Shown: in pieces, positions 55,601-64,000 of the stretch
How positions within the stretch are numbered: the stretch's first letter is position 1
How the letters are laid out: every line of letters starts with the position of its first letter
Source of the DNA: Trichinella spiralis
Lineage: Eukaryota
Assembly (NCBI RefSeq): GCF_000181795.1
Contig: NW_003526943.1
Coordinates: 7,523,566-7,587,565, forward strand
Reading direction: 5' to 3'
DNA length: 64,000 nt
Notes under the pieces: generated by a model
Seen by the model: the letters and a program-made list of their open reading frames with translations, nothing else
Told to the model about the DNA's origin: nothing
Databases searched by the model: none
Translations under genes and position numbers: made by a program

Positions 55601-58600
55601 ATTTATTATTAATAATAATTTTTGTTATTATTTTTTGTTCATTTATGCATTTTCATTACAAATGAATGAATGAACGAACAAATAAGTGATAGTTGAGTTG
55701 AGACGACGACGGTTGAGATTAATGACGACGATGACCTTGCCAAATTTTGAGGGAGATGGGCCAAGGGCAAGTGAACAACTGGTAAACGTGAACCAGTGGT
55801 GAACGGTAATAAAATTGGTCTAGAAAATGAGCAAAGACAAGACAACTTTTTCATTTTTCTTGCTATACAACTACTAGAGGAGAGAGAACTATTTTCCCCT
55901 TCCTTTATGGCCACTCCTTTTTTATTTTGCTTCTACTTGGACAAAAGAAAAGAGTAGAATAAAAAAAATACCACTACAACAACGACAGGGATATATATGT
56001 TTTTTTTTTGTTCGACTGAAAAAAAATATACATATTCTTATAATATGTATGAATTTATTTGTAAATGTATAATATAATGCGTTGCACGCTGTCTGTGTGG
56101 CTGGTTGGCTAGTGCCTCTTGTCTATGAGGCTAATTGTTGTCTGTCATCAATTGATGGCCATCGTGAGTGAGCAAAGAAAAGCCGCAGCTGTTCTGTTGA
56201 AAGCATGTCAGAGACAGAGACGTATGTGCTTGACGCGCAACATCGAAGCGGTCGTTATGTTTCAATGAACGAATGAATGATTGAATGAATGAATGAAACA
56301 TCTTGCGCACACACACACACACAAAGTGGTGTGAAAGTGAAAATTATACGTCGAGAAAAGGGAAATTTTTCAAATGAAACGACAACAACAACTACGACCA
56401 AATTTATACGAAATATGATGATGAAAAAATGATAACAAAGTGGACAATTGACCAACAGAAATGGTCGGTCTCGTCTAGTGGGCAAATCTATGATCGCTGG
56501 CCACTTGACCCCTCGTAAATCACATGTTCGAGCTGACCGGTTGAATTGGTACTTTTTCACCAAGGGCATTGTTGTTGTTGTTGGCGACGGTGGCGGCGCC
56601 AATCAAACCGGAAACGGATGGAAGGTGGTACTGGTGAGAGAAGGCGAAATATCAGCTGATCATTCGACCGTGTAAAATCACATTGACCCCATTTTATTCT
56701 TTTGTACTTGCTTTTCTTTGTTTTTTCTTTACTTTCTTCACAATTTTCCTTTTGCTGTTTGTAAGTATATATTGTGAAGAGGAAGAGAACAATAATTATA
56801 TTCATTTTGAAAAATTAATCAACAACAACGTAATCATCACCCATATGCAAATTTATAGGTTTATTCTCTTTATCCCATTCTGTATTATGTGGTGGAAATT
56901 GGACTTTGCAAATATAGAGAACTAGAGGGGTCGTCGGATGTTGAACGGTGACTGATGTTAATTAGTGTGTGTGTGTGTGTGATGTGACAATTCAAGCGAA
57001 TCGAATCCGACAATGTCCATCCGCCTGACGATGATCAATATCGTCACCGTCAATGTCGAACAACAACAGACGGAAAATTTAAATGTACATCATCTATGTT
57101 TTGTATAATTGACGACTATCTTTTTTCCATTGCTTTTCTTCTTCTTCTTCTTCTTCTTTTTCTGCAGTTCTTTTACTACATGTGAAGAATGTGAAAATTG
57201 ACAGCTGCTTGAATTATGCATCGGGTGGGATGTTGCGAAAGGGAAGAAGAGAAAGAATTTGACAGCGTCAATAATTATACAGCCAGAGGCGTGTTGTGCA
57301 CACAACGCGACGATCACCAGTGTCGGAAATGCACTGGCGAGCACCATTTGTGTCGTATTGTTTGTTCGCTTGTTCACTTCACGCTGAACAAACAAAAACC
57401 CACTGACTTCGCACTATACACGTATATGTAGATATTCATCAAAGGCTTGTTTATTTGTTTATATTTAATGAACAGAATTTGATGATTTTTTCAAAAGGTA
57501 TGCTTTAGAAGAATTATTCGAATAAATGTTGTGAGGAATGGGAGTTTTCAAGTGGGCTTTGTTTGTTGCATATCCACTTCATAGAGATACACGTACCTCA
57601 TCGCCGCCTGGGTAGGTAGAGAGGTGCTACTGAGCGAACGTTTCTTTCGTTTCGATCGACTTGTCTTGTGTCACAGCTGGAAATGAGATGGAAATTATCC
57701 ATTGATCAAATTGTCTACTGACTCTTCTAGGCGAGCATTACTGCCGCGGAATGCTAAACAATTTGCTTTTCACGCCTGCTCAATTTTGCAACAGAAAGTC
57801 CAGATGTTATGTAGAAATTTGTCAAATTTTCCTCTACCTGCAACTTTTCGTCGTCGTCTTATCCAAAAAACAAATATGAGAAATTTCGTTTGTTTGTTCG
57901 TTTTTATTTATTTATTTGTTGTTAAAATTTGTCAACTAACGGTGTGAAAAATAATTTCATCACAATTCTGCTTGGGCAAGTTTAAAAAAATAAAAACGAA
58001 ACAACAACTACAAGGTTATAAATAATTACTTTTTTAACATTTGATTGAAATTGTTTTTCTTTGTCTGAAATTATCCTCGTGGCTTTGTTTGTTTCGCTCG
58101 CATCTTGCATCTCAAATGTGGATTTGGAGGGTTGGTTCGTTTGGTTCCAAAAAAGTTCACTTCTTTCTTCGAGCCCCCCTAATTTTCTCGTTGACCAGTG
58201 ACAGTTGACCCGGTCTCCTGCCGACTGACCTCCAACCGTCACAGCGGGCAGATGGCCGGCCGTGCGCTGTTTGCTCCAACGGATTATCATATTTATTATT
58301 GTAATTATTATCATCGTGACGCTCAACTCAAACTGTCGGTGTCGTATTGCGTTCGTCTAATGTGCGTGCGTATAGCTATTTTATTTAATTGCGCCACTTC
58401 GACCGTTTTCTTCCCTATTTTTTATACACCCGTTGTTGTTGGTTGGGGGTGTAAATTTTTTTTAAGGAATGTATTTGATTATCAGAAAAAATTGCAATAA
58501 ATGGAAAAATATAATAAAATCCAGTGCAGATTTCGACACGTCTGATGTGTGTGTGTGTGTGTGGTATGACTTGTTTGAAATGCCGTTTGTTGTTGTTGTT

Positions 58601-61600
58601 GTTGTTGGCATTCGGCCTTGGCTTTTAACGTCAAGCACACAGGGGAACAGTTGTTGTACAAGCTATCAGACAACCGGTTTTCCATAAACCACCGAGGGTG
58701 GGGTCAGTCTCAGCGGGTGTTGTTGTATTCTTCTATTGTTTATTTATTTATTTATTTATTTATTGTTTTGTCTTGTGCTGTTGATAAGTGTGCAGTTCGG
58801 TTGATTATTCTTGACTGCGCACAAGCGTTCATACATTTGAATTTCAAATTGTAGAAAAAAAACACCAACAGTAAATGATGTAATTAATAATGGTGATATT
58901 TATTTGTGATTCAAGTGACAATTTATGAATTTTAAATAAGTTCGATAGTCGGAACGACCGAAACTTACTACTGACCGACCGACCGATTGACCAACAACAA
59001 GGATGACGGACAAAGTTTGGCGTTTTGTTTGTTGTCCGTTGCCGTGTGGATTGGTACATGCACATCGATCGCGTTGGTCATTATTTTATAGCTTCTATTT
59101 ATAGTGTTGTTCTGATAATGTTCAGGCGTTGGGCGTGAAAATGCGGTCGATCCGGATCGACCGGTTTTTATTGCTCATTATATATATGTGTGTATGCGTG
59201 TGTAATTTTTTTAATGCATTAATTATTTTTGAATTATAAAACTGTAAAAATGGTGTACATGTATGTGGTCGTGTTGATGTGAAAATTTTTTGTGTAAATA
59301 TGAATTGAAATCCCGGAATAAGTTTTTCATGAGCGTGTGGTGCCAGGGGTACACAGAGAGAGAGCGGTAGGTGTTTTGTTTGTTTTTGAGTTTAGTTTGG
59401 GAAATTGTTTAAAAAAATTTTTTTCCCACGGTCGAATTTAAAGTTTCTCTCCACGTGTAGTCAAATATTTCCCCACTTTTCTTTTTCTTCTTTATTTTTA
59501 TAATGCGCACACGCCCATTGCTCACACGCGCACTCTTTCTCTCTCTCTCTCTCTTGCTTATTGTTCAACTTGATGGGTGGTCTGTAGTAGACTGATGATC
59601 AGCTGATCCAAGTTCTGCTGTTGTTCTTTGAAATTTCTTGAACACTAAATTTCAAAAGTTTGAAAAATTTTCAATTTTCATAAAAACTTCACACCATTTG
59701 TTGTTATCTTGTCATTTTTATTTTTTCACATGCCTCCATCCTCTACAGTATATGTATTGTCTCCTGCTGTTCGAATCAGGTGATGCTATTCGAAAATGTG
59801 TTACTTGTCTGAAAGCGGTTTAAAAAATTTTCTTTTGTGACAGTTCTTTGTTGTAACTGTTTTACGAGTGCGTTGTGCTTTTTGACCAGCATGCCGGCAT
59901 TCTGCTGTGAAACATGTTCATACACTCATTCATTCATACGTTCATTCATTCATTCATTCATTCATTGCTGTGTTGATCTTATTGATTGAACGAGCTCGAG
60001 TCAGCATGTCGTCTGTCTCTTTGTCTGTCTGTCTGTCTGCCTGCCTGCCTGTGTGCGTTTTTATGCATACACATGAGGCAGTTGGTTTGTTTGTTGTTCA
60101 TCGAAAACCGCTGACCACTTACTTGTCAAATATTGTATTACCGTTTCCTTTAACACGGTGTGCTTGTTCTTTGATTTTTTTTTCCACGTCATACTGAATC
60201 TTTCTTAGGTCACAGTTCTTAGCTTGTTCTTGTAAGCGAAACGAAAAAGAAAAGACAATGTTGAACAGAATTAATTTTCCAATTATGCTAAATGCAAACA
60301 ATAAATAAACAAGCAAACAAATAAATAATGATAATTCAAGCCAGCATTAGGGGTTTTTGGAGGTTGATGGGATTTTTTCTTTTGTTTTCTTTTTTTTTTG
60401 CATTTTCATTTTGTGAAACACTTTTTCCATTATTAACATCAAGTAAACAAACAAACAAACAAATCGACCAACAACGACGACCATATTAAAAAAAAACTGG
60501 TGATGACGCAGTTTGGAGAGCAATAATTTATTCAAATTGTCAATGTCGATTTCGCTCGTAGCAGATTGCACCAATTAAAATTGCAATTGTGCTTTTTTTT
60601 CCCTACCATTTTCCACTCGGTGGTGCATTTCAAAGGGGTGGGGGCTTCCGTTTGCTTTTTGCTTCATTTCTTTTTTCTTCTGCTGACAACAAATGCAAAT
60701 GTGAAACTTTTTTTTTCTGCTTCAATCAATCCCCGATGCTTTTTTTATTTACATTTATTTTTAACAAAAATTGTTTCCATTCTTCTTCTTCTTCTTCCTT
60801 CTTTTTGAGAATGTTGTTTGAAATTCGGAAAAAAAAGAAGCTTAATTTCTCGGTTTGGGCATTTTTTCTTTTTATTATCGACCGCGACCACATTACCAGC
60901 GTTTAGATTGATTGATTGATTGATTGATCGATCGATTGAAAGACGACAGGCGGTGACCGACGGCTAATTCTCAACTGACCCTTATCTCGGATGATCAATT
61001 GACCTTTTTCATATAGATATATATCTATATCCATGTATGTATATGTATGTATAGTCCAGTGACAAAGAACCGCAACCAACTGCTGAACTGCTGCTCATGC
61101 GCAAATTTTTACTATTCTTCTTGTCTAGTCTTGGTTGAAAGCAAGCAGTAGGGATAGAGGGGTGGTTTGAGCTTGCTTGTTGATAAAATGCTCACCGGGT
61201 GACCAAGTGGATAAAGGATGTGTAAAATATATACAGCCAAGTTGGGGGCAGTGGGTCTAATCGTCGGGTCAAAGTAGCTCAGTTTTAGAGAGGGCATTTT
61301 GGGGAAATGAGAATCAATGTGTGTCACAGCAGGGGGTCGGATCACGGGGCACGCGCCAGGATGGTGCTTCAATGGCCCCAGGTGGTGGTGGTGAAAAAAA
61401 AAAGGGGGGGGGGGAGGTCATTGGATATTGGATATTGGATATTGCGTTGCGTTGCAAACAACAACGGCAGACCAAATCGAGTGGAACAATCCAGCGTGGG
61501 TAATTTCTTTTTTTTTCTTGTCGTTGTTGTCATGTTAGTCTTATCCTCATTATCATCTCGACCAATGGCAGTAATCCTGGGGAAAAAAGAAACGCAACGA

Positions 61601-64000
61601 TTTTCTTTTCGCTTCTTCTCTTTTATCTTCTCCTCCCTCCTCTGTTCAGCATTGACGTTTTTCATCTCTTTCTCCTCTTTCTGAAGAAGGAAAACAGCTT
61701 TGCTTACTTTGCATCCGTAGTAGCATTATTATTTTTAATTTTTTTTTATTTCGGTGACAGTCATTGTGATTTGTCATTGAGCAACATTGCAGTTGTGTTT
61801 TGCGTTATATATCACGTCGGCCAACCAGTCGGTCTTAAATACTGAACAAGTACTACTTACTTGCTGACTGACTGACTGACTCTCTTGACTGATTGCTTGC
61901 TGTTTGTTTTATCAAGAAGCCGGCGGGCGGCTGGTTGCTTTCAATTTTCTTGAAACCAATTTATAATCAACCAACATCATCATCATCATCATCAGCAGCA
62001 CCAGTAGCATTTGTAATTTATTTTTCACTAAATTTTACATATATATATATTATGCATATTTTTTAATCTAAGATGAAAAAATAAGGTTTTCTATTTTACA
62101 TTTTTTGACCATTATTGGAAAGTAATAATAGAAGAAAAAAAACATTCTCATAATCATAAATCAGTCATCATCATCATCAGTTTTCTTTTATTTTTTTTTG
62201 TTTTTCCTCTTTTATGCATGCATGCATGCATGATAACATGTATGAAACTGCTCATTGATCATCATCATCATCATCATCATCATCATGTGATTGATTTTGT
62301 ATGCATAATCATTTTCACCATTAATTAATATGCGCGCACACACACACACAGCACAACTGATTGTATCGTGTAGGTGAATTGACTGACACTTTTCTCACAT
62401 GGAATATTTGATTGTTGGAATTGATAGCAATGATTGACATTTATTTCCATTTTAAGCATTTCATCACCATCATCTGGTTGTTCGGTGAACGCAATTTTCA
62501 AGGGTGGAAAATTTGCTGCAAAACGTTGTAACAGTTTTTGGTCGGTCGGTCAACGGTTATTCTTTCTTTTTTGTATTCTACTGTATACTGGTTGGTGGTT
62601 GACGTTGTCGAAGCAAGCACCCAAGCCCCGTTTGTTGTTTCAACTTGTTGCACCCAAAATTTTTCTCGTTAAATTTATTCATATTCACAAAGTATTTGTT
62701 ATTGTTGCTTATTTTTTTGAATGTAAATTTTAACATGGTTTTTTTTGTTGCTTGACTTTTTCCCACATCTCCGATGAATGAATAGGTAGATTCTCCGAAT
62801 GCAACTTGCGAAGGGTGAGAAATTGTTCAAAATGATCGATCGATCGATCGATTGATTAATTGCAAACATCACCTGTTCAAAAATATGTGCAACATTTTTT
62901 TTCTTCTTATCTTTCACTTGTATTTTTTTGCGTTGTCGCTGATGTTTCTTTATTATATTATTTATTATTGGTGATTATCAGTTTTTGTTGCTTGCTTCAT
63001 CACACACACACATATATGTATGTATATTTCATGTTTCACCTTTGGTTGGTTGGATCTTTTTTTTCGCTTTGACAATTGTTGCCATTGTTTGGTTGCATTT
63101 TTCATATTCTGATGACATGAACAATAAGGACAACAGCAGCCCAATTTATCGACTTGTAACAATTTGCAAACGTGTGACATTTTTTATCTATCTATATATA
63201 TATGTGTGTGTGCTTTTTATTTTCTGATGATCTTAGTTGTTAGCGTCTTTGAGAAAAGTCCTCTCAAGCTGGTCGGGATCTAGTGTATGTGCTGTGTTCA
63301 TTGTTGTATTAGAAAAAAAAAACTATTTTTTAACATGTATTTTTAACATGTAACATTTCATATTCAGGCGGTTTTTATGTATATAATTTGTAGTGGTGTG
63401 TAATTTTTAATATTGCCTATATTGCATTTTGACATTTGGTCGATGGTTGCAAGTTGATTCTCAGGCCGCTGAACGCGGAAGCGGATCTTTTAACGATCCA
63501 TTATCGAGTGAGCGTTAATCTTGGTGCGAATTAGCCTCTTTTTTCCGATGTAATTCAAGCGACTGAAGAAAAACAACACTGCTTGTTTGCTTGCTTGTGC
63601 TTTTTTTCTTCTACTTCAATTTCTTTCCACATTTGCTTTATTCTAGCCGGCTGGCTAGCCATTAGCCAGCTTAGATGGGTGGATTGATGTAGCTGGATGT
63701 AGCTTTTTCTTCACTTTATAACGACGACTCGTTAATCAGTAGAAAGAGGAGCAGGAGGATTGAAGAAGAAAAAAAAACAGAAAGCAGCTAAGAAGATAAG
63801 CAATTCTCTTTTTCAGATTTCTAAAGAAACAATACACATGCATTATTCTTATTTATTAATTTTTTTTCATTCGCAATATTGCGGTTATTGTTGTTCAACA
63901 TATATATATATATATATATTTATTTATTTATTATAATAAGCTTTCGGCAAAAATAATGTTCTAAGCTAGACGACGAGATTATTATTTATTGATCTGTTGC

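Noticed and set aside
49626..64000. Many 60-125 aa ORFs in the track
   Set aside because: They are low-complexity translations of microsatellites, often with TTG/GTG starts and no recognisable domains.

Overview
AT-rich, intron-containing eukaryotic genomic DNA with short GT-AG introns, TTTYAG acceptors and four 10-N gaps (3676, 5656, 6901, 21686). It looks like a nematode draft assembly; a Trichinella-like clade I species is my inference, not proven. The left half (1-34 kb) holds compact genes: a type-I membrane protein, a proton/myo-inositol-type sugar porter, the 3' end of an inward-rectifier K+ channel cut by a gap, a REEP/HVA22 fragment, a small secreted peptide, an intronless condensin kleisin (CAP-H/Barren), a secreted DUF5648-like protein and a 7TM receptor. 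It also has a hAT MITE, a probable solo LTR, a three-copy tRNA-like repeat family, and two small contigs that duplicate downstream sequence and are probably assembly artefacts. The right half (35-64 kb) is microsatellite-rich with long introns: an R3H/SUZ RNA-binding protein carrying a Tigger-like MITE, NDUFS8 with a 4 kb last intron, then a GC-rich promoter and a first exon matching the N-terminal motif and intron position of the AUTS2/FBRSL1/Tay family, followed by more than 14 kb with no recognisable exon. The best leads are the AUTS2-like locus and the tRNA-like cassette family. All exon structures were assembled by eye and all family calls come from remembered motifs, not database searches.
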